Positions 26,500 to 39,011 of a stretch of 64,000 nt of DNA are shown one piece after another. Source of the stretch: Gracilinanus agilis (Eukaryota); NCBI RefSeq assembly GCF_016433145.1, contig NC_058132.1:92026251-92090250 (forward strand). The letters run 5' to 3'. A program made the translations under genes and the position numbers. The stretch's first letter is position 1, and each line of letters opens with the position of its first letter. A model generated the notes under the pieces. The model was not told where the DNA came from and did no database searches. It worked only from the letters and a program-made list of their open reading frames with translations.

Positions 26500-27305
26500 T
26501 TCACCCAACAGACTGGCCAGTATGACAGCAAAAGAAAGTGATAAATGTTGGAGGGGATGTGGCAAAATTGGGACACTAATGCATTGCTGGTGGAGTTGTG
26601 AATTGGTCCAACCATTCTGGGAGGCAGTTTGGAACTATGCCCAAAGGGCTTTAAATGAATGCCTGCCCTTTGACCCAGCCATACCACTCCTGGGTTTGCA
26701 CCTCAAAGAGATAATAAGGAAAAATACTTGTACAAAAGTATTTCTAGCCGTGCTCTTGTGGTGGCAAAAAATTGAAAAATGAGGGGATGTCCCTCGATTG
26801 GGGAATGGCTGATCAAATTGTGGTATCTGATGGTGATAGAATACTATTGTGCTGAAAGGAATAATGAACTAGAGGAATTCCATGTGAACTGGAAAGACCT
26901 CCAGGAATTGATGCAAAGTGAAAGGAGCAGAACCTGGAGAACATTGTACACAGAGACATTGTGGCACAATTGAATGCAATGGGCTTCTCTACTAGCAGCA
27001 ATACTACTATCCAGGACAATCCAGAGGAACTGATGAGAAAGAATGCTATCCACATCCGAGAAAGAACTGTGGGAGCAGAAAACATAGGACTGATCATGGA
27101 GTTTGACGGGAATATGATTGGGATTTTGGCATTAAAAGATCACTCTACTGCAAATATGAATAACATGGAAATAGGTTTTGAACAATAATACACATATCCC
27201 AGTGGAATTGCTTATCAGCTCTGGGAGGAGGGAGGGAAGAGAGGTGGGAAAAATTATGAATCATGTAACTGTGGAAAATATTCTAAATAAATTTAAAATA
27301 AATAA
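26500..27305 (+). mobile_element. 5'-truncated L1 3' end
   Basis: ORF 26522 DKCWRGCGKIGTLMHCWWSCELVQPFWEAVW..PFDPAIPLLG is L1 ORF2 C-terminus; 3'UTR and A-rich tail. Confidence 0.9.
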
Positions 27306-28750
27306 ACAGCCCTACTATTCAAACCCTAAAAGCCTGACACTCAAATTTAGAAAAAGGGTGAAATGCAGACATTCTGCTCAACTGAGTCTTTCAGTTATGT
27401 AGTCAATGAAATACATTTTCAATACTTGAATCATCCCACCAACTCTCAGTGGCCATTTCAACAAACAAGCCATGTATGAGCCTGCCTCTTTAAAAAAACC
27501 AATAAGGTGGCTTTGTTTATATAACACTAATGAAATCGCAGAGGGAAGGAAGATTTGGAAGATCTGAAGATGTGAACTCTTAGCATAGAGCCTAATTAAC
27601 AAGGTCTTTAGGCCCTGATCACCAAACCACTCTCAATGAGCCTGTTCTCCTTAGACTCAGTGCACCAAAGGATCTAAAAAGCAGTTGACCATTGAAGTAG
27701 GAAGACCAATAATGCACAATTTCAATCCTAAAGAACTGATAATGAAATACACTTCCCTATTCTCAGAGGAAAGGAGTATAGAATACATACACATTTAGGA
27801 ATGCACAAATATTTGTTTTTCTTTGTTACAAGGAAAGACTGGGGGTGGGAGAAAGGGAAATGACTGTGGTGTAGTAATAAAAGACAATAAAACCTTTTTT
27901 TTTTAATTCAGTGAGCTAACATGTTTTTAAAAATTGCGGCATTCGGGTTCCTCTAGCAAACTGGCCCTACTCTGTAAGCATTTGTTTCCCATACATCTGT
28001 GGTTATGTCAGGCTTTTTCTATTAATTAATACTACTATGCTGGTCATTAAGGAAAGACTTTAAAATAAAGATTAGAAATTAACAGCAGATTAGGGGGGGG
28101 TTTCTAAACCCCCTAAATAGTTAATATCCCATACTATCCATTTTGATAGAGACTACTCTCCCCTACACAAATCCTTCAACAACAGACTCCTGCATGGTGG
28201 AGAACAACTTTTTCAAAAGCACTGTTAAGTCCTGTGATTGTGTTTTTCTGAAGAAAACCTCTAAAGCCTGCTTCTCATTAAGCAAATTCAAATTCAGTCA
28301 CTCAGCAGCTGAGATTGGGAGGAGGAAGCATAAATATTCAAATTTCCTGGGATCCTACAAAAGATGGAGTTGGCCTAGAGACTCCCTATAAAGTTATTAG
28401 CCCTTATGTTTTCATGTTGTGCAGGTGGGGGTATGAAGGTTACAGAAGCAGTTCAACATAACAATAGGTCTTCAAACCCTCCAAAGCCCCAATGTTTATG
28501 ATGTGCTATGCCCCTGGTTCTGGTACAGGCTTCAGCTCTACCAAAAAGCAGCACAAACTAACACAGGAGGGACTTGTGGCCCCGCTAAATGTAAGGTGGT
28601 GTTTCTGCTCCCTTAGAGCTTTTCTAGTACTGGGTGTAGAAGTTCAAATTATTATGGAGGCAATTCTATCTGTGGGGGTAGAAGGGTTTACCTCTACTGG
28701 TAATGTTCCGTATTCTTGAAGTATAATAGCTAAGACTTCTAAAACTGATT

Positions 28751-29160
28751 TTGTTATTTGCAAGCTATTGGGCTAGACAGTTTTTTATTTGCTCTTCTTT
28801 TGAAAGTAACAAGTCCCAGGGGCTGGCTAGTGTAATAATGGGGGGAGGGGGGGTAATCAGGCTGATAATAGGGAGCTGGTGGTACCAGTAAGTATCCTGG
28901 GCCAGGGAGCCTACAACTATAGTATTTGTTGATTTGAGACAGCCAGGGATGTGTGGCCCTGAGCTGAGATGTCCAATCAGTTTCTCTGCTCTCTGTAGGC
29001 TCCTTTAAGGTTGGGAGTGAGGAGCCCCTCTCTGCTGGTGAAAAACTAGAAACCAACAGGAAATGAACCAGTCTCACTTCCTGAATAAAATGGATACCTG
29101 GTCTAAACCCCTCTGTAAATAAGTAGTAGCTATCCTCCTCCTCAGCCCCTTAACCCTGAT
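28751..29160 (+). mobile_element. LTR-like element
   Basis: TGTTA start; CCAAT 28973-28977, TATA-like tttaa about 29004, AATAAA 29084-29089 in LTR order; 3' boundary uncertain. Confidence 0.5.
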
Positions 29161-29163
29161 TGA

Positions 29164-29698
29164 TGTTATAAATGAACTATGAAAACTCTCAGAATCAGGC
29201 AAAGGGTTTATTTAAAACACAAGGGTAAACTGAGGGAAGAGGGTTAGGATCTGGAGAAGCTGTTGCTATGGGTGAATGGCCAGTGTTGGCAGAGGGCCTC
29301 AGAAGGTAGGATCAGGCTGAGGGAACCAGCCCCTCAGCCAGGGATAAATTCCACTGCCCTGACGTAGAGTGGTCTACGAGCTTGACAAAAGAGGGTAATG
29401 ATTTGGTTTAGGGGTGTCCTGGCTGGGCTAACTTAACTAATTCCTTCCCACGTTTCCACAACCCACCAACCACACCTCCAGGGGCCCCAAGGGGAAGACC
29501 AGGAAGTAGCTGGATGTCTGGGTGAGGTCAAGGAAATCAGAACCCCCAGGTTGGTTCTCCAGGGATATTTATAGTAGTCCTAGCTCCAACAGTCAGGTCT
29601 TGAGACAGGGACTTGCTAGGTCAAAGTTCCATTCCCCTAACTGCCAAGATTGCCTAGGGTGATTTTGCAAATGCAAGAGATCTTGCATCAATCCTGCA
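29164..29698 (-). mobile_element. Solo LTR-like element
   Basis: TGTTA terminus at 29164; on - strand TATAAATA (29566-29573) then AATAAA (29207-29212). Confidence 0.55.
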
Positions 29699-32668
29699 TT
29701 ATACTAGGTAGCACAGTGGATAAAGTGCCAGGCCTAGAATCAGGAGGGCTTGGGTTCAAACGTGGCCTCAAACACTTCCTAGCTGGGTGACCCTGGGCAA
29801 GTCACTAAACCCCAATGGTCTAGCCCTTACTGCTCTTCTGTCTTAGGATTGATTGTACTAAATTGTACTAAGTATCAAATGGGTCCCAAAACATTGCCAA
29901 TGACTCTCAAATAGTTCTTTTTGTGTTTGTGTGAGTTTAGCTTTGGATGTTAGGAGGTACTAAATTAAAGTCACATCACCTATCATATCACTTCCTACAC
30001 TTTTTTTCTGGAAAGATTAAATAGTAACATTTATTGTTTTAAAAAGTATTCTACTATAGTAGAAAGTGCAGATTTTATCGTATTTCAAAACTTGGATTCA
30101 GTAATCAAAATCAAATTAGATTGTAAAGCTATGGGCAAAAGAAAGCAGGCTAGTAATTAGATTTATACTTAGTTTGTGGTATGATTTGTTTTTAATAGTC
30201 CTTAGAAAGGTCACATAAATTTTAACTCGATAGACATTTCATATTTTTCCATGAGGACACTGATTCAAGTAATACCTCAAAGGGATTAATATCAATAGGA
30301 TCTTGAGTAAGTCATTTTCCCTTGGCCTGTTTCCTCATTTGTAAAATCAGGTACCAGGCCCCTCTGAGGTCCCTTCCAGCCCTAGATCTATGATCATGTG
30401 AACTGAAATCGAGAGAGGAGACTCCAGAGTGTAGGAGGCATCAGTTACAATTTAAATATATGTGTAATGTCAAGATTTACCAAACACTTTCCTCAAAACA
30501 ACCCTGTGAATCAGATAATGCAACTATTATGCTCTCTATTTTACAGAGGAAGAAACAGTCAGAGAACTTAATGCCTTATCCTGGGTCACACATCTCATAT
30601 ATATCTTGTTTGTACATAGATGTTTACATGCTATCTCCCCTCATTAGATCTTGATCTTATCCTTGTCCTTGATAAGAACTGTTTTTGTCCTTTTCCTTAG
30701 AGGGGGGTATCCCCAGTGCAGAGCAATTAATAAATTAAGTAAGCACTTAATAAACACAGACAATAAAGAACATCTTATGTTCTTTTTTGAAATGTGAATC
30801 TTGCAAAAAAGGACAGAGATGAATGTTGAGTAAATGAGTACTCTTTATGATAGGTCTTTTGCTAAAGTAGTAATTATAGGGGCAGTTAGGTAGCTCAGAG
30901 GATAGATGAGCCAGGCCTGGAGACAGGAGGTCCTGGGTTCATATCTGGACTCAAATGCTTCTTAGTTGTGTGACCCTGTGCAAGTCACTTAATCCCATTT
31001 GCTTAGCCCTGGCTTGCACTTTTATCTTAAGAGTTATTACTAAGACAGAAAAATTGAAGGTACAGGTTTTTTTGAAAAAGTGGCAACTACAAATGAGTGG
31101 AAAATTTCTTGACTTTATACAATGGGCAGGTTTAGTGAGCCATTCTTGTTTTAAAACCCAAAATGAGTGTTCTGGCATTAAGTACCATGTCAATTTCTGC
31201 TGTTGCAGTTCTTCACTTTGCCCTGCCCTGCTCCCAGGTTTTTTCTTCTTCTCCTTTTAATCCTCTTTTATATGACTCTTTTCTACATTTGAGTTTGTTT
31301 TGCTTATGACTATTAATTTATTTATCCTATCTTCCTTAAGCACTTCTTTTCCCCTGGCTTGTCCAGGTCCTTTCCTAATTCTCTTTGGGTTTAATCTATT
31401 TCTATATGAGATCTTTATTCATCCATGGATATAATTGCATTCAATCTTCTTTTATCCTGTTCAGATGATGATAAGGTTCATGGTATGCCTGTTCTCTTCA
31501 CTCCTCCCTCCATAATTGTTCCCCTGATTTTCTGAATTCAAGCTTTGCTTTAGCCTCTCATTTTAACTCTTATGAGAATCTGTTTCAAGTAGGTTTCTTT
31601 CTACATCTTATGTACCTTTATTATATGATAGTGATTTCCTACTCCTCTATCCTCAAGAAGATCTTCCCACTTCCCTCCTTTACAATAAAAAATGCTCATT
31701 TCAGAACTCTTCTGCCCACTTAGCAGCAACAACCTGTACCAACTCAAGTGTCATTTGCAACTGCAATGTGTTTTTAATACTTAACATACACCCAAAAAAT
31801 GACTGTAGTCAGATCAAGGTGCAGAAAATAATTAAGCCATTATTTCCAGAAAACTCAGAAGTTAAATCACAGAGAAATGCCAGGAGTTATGGTTAAGAGA
31901 TTTCACTTGCCTCTATCCAAGCCTGAGCTGATTCATTATGTAAAGCTTAGTATGAATAATCCCCAGCTGCCTTGCTTAGCCACTAGCAGCATTAAAAAGG
32001 GTCTCAAGCGTTTATTAATCCGTCCTACTCACTGTCAATCAACTCAGCCTCATGTATTGGGTGGTGTTGTCATCCCTCAGTTGAAGGAAAAAAAGATTCC
32101 CAAACCTGGTGAATCAGGAACAACTAGTTATACATCCTTAGGGTCAGCACAAAGAAGGCAGTTCCAGTCATCTCTTATCTATCCACCTTATTTATATGTG
32201 CCTATTTTTATAATAGGTAAGTTATAACCATAAAATAATAAAGTTTTTTTGACAAAATATAATCTGTAATCCCAGCAGCCTGAGGCTATCTCAAACTCCA
32301 CAGCACCTAGTCCAAAGCTGAGTCTGTCTAGGCACTTACTAAATATATAATTATTTGAGGAAGAGGAGATTTGGGTTTCATAGTGACTACCTAAATAGAG
32401 GTCATGAAATAGTACTATGTGATAGTGGCAAAATACATAATGGCCCTCTTTTAATTCCTAAGGAAAACCATGCCACTCCCATGGTGTTCTCCTCTCCCTC
32501 TCCTACTTTAATAGTAGGAGACCCAGGAAGAAAGGAGATTTCAACAATCTCTCCTTATAGAGAAGGAAGGGGGATAAGCATTTATACGCTACCTACTATG
32601 TGTCAGACACCATGCTAAGTACTTTTACAAATATTATCTCATGTGATCCTTATAAAAGCTCTATTATC

Positions 32669-33512
32669 TGTTAAAAAGAAGATGGAGATGAGAGAGGGAA
32701 CACAATCACCCGCAGACCTTTCTGTGAGTGATACTGGCAGAAGGGCTATGCCTCTCCCCACCGGATGGGCTCTGCTGGACTGAGCCTGTCAGCTGTCTCC
32801 TTTTAACAGCTGCCTAGGCAGGGAACCACAGAGAAGTTGTATGTGTGCTTAACTTCTCTAGTTCCTTAACCTGAGGTTGGTATGAATGTTGATATGGGCT
32901 ACTGGTACACTGATTGGATAACACTATGAGTCTGACTGCGTGACTATCTTCCCAAAGGCTTTAGATATATTCACTACTCAGGAAAGGTACTTCAATCTTT
33001 GACTTAGTAACAAACAACTGTATTTAATTCTGGCTTAACAGGATAAGGAACAAGGGAAAGGATAGAGGATCTGGGAATGCTATCGTTAATTGTCTAAGTA
33101 GATGATCAAAGCTATAGAGGTTGCTGGATCAGGTAGAGACTTCACCCTCTCACTAACTCTGGCTTGACTTGGCAGGAGCAAAGCCAGAGAATATGGAAGG
33201 CTGTTAATGATCTTCTTGAATGACAGTGGTACTGCTTGCTCTCTCTCAGCTCTATTGTTGATGGATATAATAGCTCTCTAGGTCTCTCAGGCAAGGAAGT
33301 TGAATTGCAGATATGGGGCCTACCCTCTCTCTCTTGAACCTCCCACCTCCCAAGATTGCTCCAGAGTGAGCCCCCTTGTGCTGTGCATGATGGGTATTTA
33401 TAGGGTTGGCTCCAACTGACTTTTGGCTGTGGCTCACAGCACCTGGGTACTCCAACTGACAATCTTGTCACTCAAAGTGGTGTCCATCTTGTCTCAGAAA
33501 TTCATTATAACA
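32669..33512 (-). mobile_element. Solo LTR (844 bp)
   Basis: TGTTA...TAACA inverted termini; - strand TATAAATA (33395-33402) and ATTAAA (33023-33028); sits at the start of an L1 fragment. Confidence 0.75.
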
Positions 33513-34125
33513 GACCGCACTCTTTGTAGTAGCAAAAAACTGGAAAATGAGAGGGTGTTCATCAATTGGGGAATGGCTGAACAAGTTATGGTATCTGTTG
33601 GTGATGGAATATTATTGTGCTGAAAGGAATAATGAACTGGAGGAATTCCATGTGAACTGGAATGGCCTCTAGGAATTGATGCAGAGTGAAAGGAGCAGAA
33701 CCAGGAGAACATTATACAGAGACTGATACATTATGGCACAATTGAATGTAATGGAATTCTCTACTAGCAGCAATGCAAAGATCCAGGAAAATCCAGAGGA
33801 ACTTATGAGGAAGAATGCTATCCACATTCAGAGAAAGAACTATGGGAGAGGGCAGTTGAGTGGCTCAGTGGATTGAGAGTCAGGCCCAGAGATGGGAGGT
33901 TCTGACTTCAAATCTGACCTCAGACACTTCCTAGCTGTGTGACCCTGGGCAAGTCACTTAACCCCCCCATTGCTTAGCCCTTACTGCTCTTCTGCCTTGG
34001 AATCAATACCCAGAGAGGAATCTCCTCCAGAGAGGAGAGGAAGGAAAGAACAGGAATCATGTAACCATGGAAAAATATTCTAAATTAATTAATCAATATC
34101 ATTTTTTAAAATTAAAAATGAATAA
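33513..34125 (+). mobile_element. L1 3' fragment interrupted by a SINE (about 33848-34010)
   Basis: gcactctttgtagtagcaaaaaactggaaaatgag..ggaattccatgtgaactgg L1 text; SINE head ggcagttgagtggctcagtggattgagag inside. Confidence 0.85.
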
Positions 34126-34620
34126 AGATTCTATGAGGTAGGTGCTATGCACACAGATAGCATCTAAAACCATACTGGAACTCAGGGCTTCCTTTGTTTT
34201 CAAGGCCCCAACTTTACCCACTGCACCGTAAAGGTGCAGCTGTGGCTGCTGCCCACTCATAAGACAATGTGCTTGTAATCATATTTCAACCATCCTTGTA
34301 AAGGGGGGCAAACACACAGCATCCCTGCCAGGCAAATTGAGAGAGGAATTCAAATAGTCAAAATACACAAAATATGCATTCTTTACTTCCCACACACTGC
34401 CATGTACCAGCCTTTTCCCTAGTTTGAGGGAGACAAGAATCTACAAAGTTGGATTTTATTCACTGGGCACCTCTTGCACCTATTTCAAGAAATAACCACA
34501 TTGGGGCAGCTCAACTATATGGATCAGAGAATAGAATGCCAGGCCTGTATTTGGGAAGACCTGGGTTCAAATGTGATCTTAGATGCTTCCCAGTTATATG
34601 ACTAAACAAATCACTTAAAC

Positions 34621-34933
34621 CAGTGATGGCAAACCACTTAGAGACAGAGTGCTAGGCCCCAGCCCCAGAATGCCACACCCTGTCCCTCTACCAAGTGCAG
34701 GGCATGCCCTTCCCCTCCTTACCCCACATAGGGAGAAAGAAAGTGCTCCCATTGGGCTGCTGGGCAGAGGAATGGGGAATGTGAAAAAAAATATCATCAG
34801 GCACAGTGAAGAGAGGGGAATCACTCTGCCCAATTCCCTCTGACTTTCTAGTAATGAACTGGGGGGGGCGGGGTCAGGTTGCAGCCATGTGCCCATAGAG
34901 AGCATTTGGTGTGCCATTGGTTCGCCATCATTA
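34621..34933. mobile_element. Non-autonomous hAT MITE (family C) inserted in a SINE
   Basis: TIRs CAGTGATGGCAAACC / GGTTCGCCATCATTA; perfect TSD ACTTAAAC at 34613-34620 and 34934-34941; host SINE continues on both sides (about 34500-35020). Confidence 0.88.
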
Positions 34934-35403
34934 ACTTAAACCCTATTTGCCTAGCTGTTGCTTGCCCTTCTGTCTTAGAGTTCTTACTAAGTCAGAAAAG
35001 TAAGGGTTAATAAAAAAAGAAACAAGCATACCAAAAATTGTTACTGGGTAGTCCAAGAGAGACTTTCCTTGATTCTATATTACTCAACTTTTTTTTTTTA
35101 AATAAATGACATGGAAAAGGCAAAGAGGGCATGTTTTTCAAATTTGCAGATGTCAAGAAACTGCAATGAAATTGCAAAAGACTAGATGACCAAGTCAGGA
35201 TCCAAAAATATCTTGACAGACTATCTTGTCAGGCTAGAATGACTAGCCAAATCTAAAAAGATGAAATTTACTTAGATGGGGACATTGTCAGTATTCCTTT
35301 TGCCAGAAAGACAAATTGCAACTTCATCCATTATCTTAATCTCCTCCTGTGCAATTCTTATCAGTATCTTTCCATAAATCCTCTGAAGACTCTCTACCCA
35401 ATA

Positions 35404-35502
35404 TAAAATGGAAAGCTTCATGAATTTGGCATGTCATCTTTGTGCAGGAACCATATTAATTTCTCTGTATCATTCCAATTTTAGTACATATTCTACCAAA
35501 GT
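35404..35502 (-). pseudogene. U6 snRNA pseudogene
   Basis: Reverse complement aligns along U6 (tactaaaattggaatgatacagagaa-attaatatggttcctgcacaaagatgacatgccaaattcatgaagctttcca); the aligned U6 CpGs are mutated to TpG/CpA. Confidence 0.9.
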
Positions 35503-35928
35503 ATATGGGGCTTGCCAAGCCCTTTTCAGGTCTGCTTTCCTTTTTTGGTGTCCATTTGCCACCCAGGTCTCACCCACAGGCCTCAAACCCAACATGAGTT
35601 AGAGAGATGTCAGCTCCAGGCATATGAATATTTTCCCCAGCAAAAGGGGCAGATGTTCCAAAGGCCATGAAGGTGGTAAAAGCTGGCAATACAGAATGCT
35701 TAGACATCAAAGTGAGTTAAACATTGAAGAAGACAAGGTCATTCACTTCATCCCAAAGAGCAGTTTTACCAGTGGACCTTGATGACTCTAGGATGAGATG
35801 GTGAGACCAAAGACTTGTACAACATTAGCTTAAGCCCAATTTATGCTTAAGTCAAAAGACATCACCAGTGATTTTTGTCCTCTTCAAATATGAAGGACAA
35901 TAACCAACCCAATATAACAGAGACCTTA

Positions 35929-36125
35929 GTGAAAAGTTCTTAATCTTTTTGTGTCATAGATACCCTTTGGTAGGATGATGATGCCTATGAACTACTCGGA
36001 ATAACATTTTTAAAATGCATAAGATAATATATAAAGGATTGCATAGGAAACCAAGTATGCTGAAATATTTATCAAAATATTTTTAAAAGAATAAATCAAC
36101 TTCACAGATCCCAGATGAACCCCCA
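35929..36125. mobile_element. Ancient hAT/Charlie-type MITE remnant
   Basis: Decayed terminal text gttcttaatcttttttgtgtcatagatacccttttgg..ttcacagatcccag..aacccc typical of old therian MER-type elements. Confidence 0.5.
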
Positions 36126-38478
36126 TAGAATATTAACATTTCATAGATGTCAGTATAACTTGAGCTGTTCATCTGCTACTTCTCATTAACATTTACATGT
36201 CCTCCTTTTATAGCTATTCAAGTCTTACATGATTTATTTTTCATATTTGTACCTAAGTCAGAATATTCCGCAAGAGACATGATACCTTCCCCCAACTGCT
36301 TTGCATAAGTGAGGGGTCCTTGGTTGTGGGACATGGCATGTGTCACTTTTTTCTACAAATTTATGAGGAGCAGCATGGAATAGCTACTAAAAAAAAATTT
36401 TTTTCCCCACAATCTTAGGCTGGCATTCAAAGCAAGGAAGGTGATATCCAACTCAATTCTACTTGGGTCACATTTTAAATGCTTTAATTACTAGGAACCT
36501 CAATTTAAGTGTGATATTATGAAATTGGGTAAGCAGAAAGAAGTCTAGGAACTGTATTAGAATGGCTGTCCCATGGAAAAGGAATCATATTTTTCTCCAT
36601 AAATTAAGGACAATGCCAAGCACATAGTAGGTGCTAAGAACTGAGCTAATTGTGGATATAAATACAAAAGCAAAGGCAGTCCCTGCTAGACAGACCATAC
36701 TCCATCCAAAGAGAATGACAGAATTGATTTGCTCATGGTTTTAGGACAAGAGGGGGAAAGGGTCTGTTGGCATCTCAAATTTAGAACATGCAAAAAAAAA
36801 TGTATGTGTATATACATAGAAGAGAGAGGGAGGGAAGAAAGAGACTCAAGGCATTTCTGAGCTGTTGGGGACCCTAGGCAAGTCACAATTCTGTTTGCCT
36901 CAGTTCCTCATCTGTAAAATGAACTGGAGAAAAAAATGGCAAACTGCTCTAGTATCTCTGCCCAGAAAATCTCACCTGGGGTCACAGTCAGACCCAACCA
37001 TATCTTTTCCTCAAACCTACACTTCTTAAAAAATTCTCCATTTTAAAGGGTAACTAGCAATCAGCCAATTAGGTGGCATCAACCTTGACTCCTACACCCT
37101 TTATGTCCAATCAGTTGCCAAATCTGTTTGTTTCTATCTCCACATCTTTCACATAGGTCTTTTCTCAACTTGATCAAGCATTTTTAAGTAAGCAGCTACT
37201 ATCTGCCAGGTACTTAGGATACAAAAAAGAGGCAAAAAAGAGCTCTGCCTTCAAGGAGTTTACACTCTTAACTCATTCCACAACCACTCTAATTCAAGCC
37301 TTGCCTATGCTACCTCTTGATTTGACAGTTAACTTAATAAATGTTGTTCCAGCAGGCACTGTGCTTAAGGCCTGGAGATACCAAAGAAGCAAAGTCAGTC
37401 TGCCTTCAAGAAGCTTACAATCTCATGGGGAAGACCACATGCAATATATATGTATAAAGCAAGCTATATGCAAGATAAATAGGAAATAATTAACAGAGAG
37501 AAGTCACTAGAATTAAGTGGGGTTGGGAAAACCTTCCAATAAACAAGATTTTAACTGACTTAAATGAAACAAAGATGCCAGTAGACAGAGTTGTGGAGGG
37601 AAAACATTCCAGGCATGAGGGGACAGCCAGAGGGAATAGTGATTGTAATGTGTGGATGGGCTAAGAGTGTCTAGTCTCTAACTTAAATCTGTCCTTTTTC
37701 AATAGCTCCTTTCTGACCTCTAGGATCAACTACAAACCCCTATAAGCTAAAGATCTTCATAACTCCACTCCAAATATCCTTAGGGTTTAGCACTGTGCCT
37801 GGCACATATATAGGTCCTTAATAAAGTTTATCCACTGCCTTTTTATACATTACTGTCCTTCGAATACCCTGAGGTCAAGCTAAATTGGTCTCTTTGCTGT
37901 TCTTCCCATACAGCATTCCTATGTCCTGTTATGGTGCCTGGCACATAGTAGACGCTTAATAAATGCTCTACTTGACCTAGATTCTCCAAGCAGAATGCTC
38001 CCTATCTTCCCTTACACCTCTTAGAATCCATAGCCTCCAAAGCTCAGATCCCCTCCCCCCAGAAAGTGGACCTATGTTTATTTTGAGGAAAACAAAAAAG
38101 AATTCTGTATGCCCTTTTACATGCAACGGATCCTAGTAGAGGCTGTGTCCCTTTTGTCACTGTCCATATCGCCCAGCCCAGTGTCGGGGCACACAATGGG
38201 CACTTAAAGGCTCTACCACTCCTCAGACTCTCCTTCCTTCACAGCCCAAGACCCTCCATCTAAAAGCGGCGTCCACAAATTCTCCTAAGCCCTAATAGGG
38301 CCAAGCTACCCTGACCCCAAGCTCCTCCCTCTTTTCTCCTCCTCTGCCCGTCCCGGTCGTCTCCCCGTCCAGTTAGCCACTCTTGTGGCGACTTCTTCCG
38401 GTCATCCCCTACCCCTTCCTCACCCCAACCTTAGGGGTGCATCTTTGACTCTCTCCCGCCCCCTACCTCCGGCCTTAC

Positions 38479-38600
38479 CTGGCCGCGCACGCGCGCGTCT
38501 CTCCCAGGGGCACGAGATCCCGGGGCCGACTGGAGGGTCTACCACCTTCGAGATTCACAGGGTCCGCCACTTCCCCACCCCCATCCCCCTAAGCCTCAGC
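38479..38600 (-). other. NUMA1: Probable non-coding first exon of NUMA1 (5' end approximate)
   Basis: Consensus donor CAG|GTAAGG at 38479/38478 on - strand inside the CpG island; NUMA1 is head-to-head with LRRC51 in eutherians; no NUMA1 coding exon is in the window, so identity is by synteny. Confidence 0.55.
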
Positions 38601-38818
38601 CGAAGAAACTCACAGTTTGAACTGCAGCGCCGCCCCTCTCGCGCTGCCTTCTCATTGGTCGAACCAAGCTGATGTCACGTTGCACATGCTCATTCTCGCA
38701 GCCCGGCAGGGAGGGGAAAGAAGGGAGGAGGACGGTTGCTTGGGAGAAGGGAGCTCGAGGCCGGAGAGGGGTGGAGGACTAAGGATTCTCTGCCCCCCTC
38801 CGGCCGGAGGGAGGCTTG

Positions 38819-38846
38819 AACTACAAATCCCAGTATTCTTTGCGGC
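38819..38846 (+). promoter_or_regulatory. ZNF143/THAP11-type motif, copy 1
   Basis: AACTACAAATCCCAGTATTCTTTGCGGC matches ACTACAnnTCCCAG consensus. Confidence 0.75.
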
Positions 38847-39011
38847 TACTTCGAGGATTGGGCAGGGAACCGGGCAAGAGCTGGGAGTAGAGAAGGGGTG
38901 GTTAAGGTAGAGGTCGGGGCCAAAAAATTTAGGATCGACGACTATAGGGACTGAGGAGCTTGAGAAGGCCAGACAGTGCTCACGTCCTGATATCTGATCT
39001 TGGAAGCCTTA

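Noticed and set aside
30049-30064. Perfect 16-bp palindrome TTCTACTATAGTAGAA
   Set aside because: About one such palindrome is expected by chance in 64 kb of AT-rich DNA
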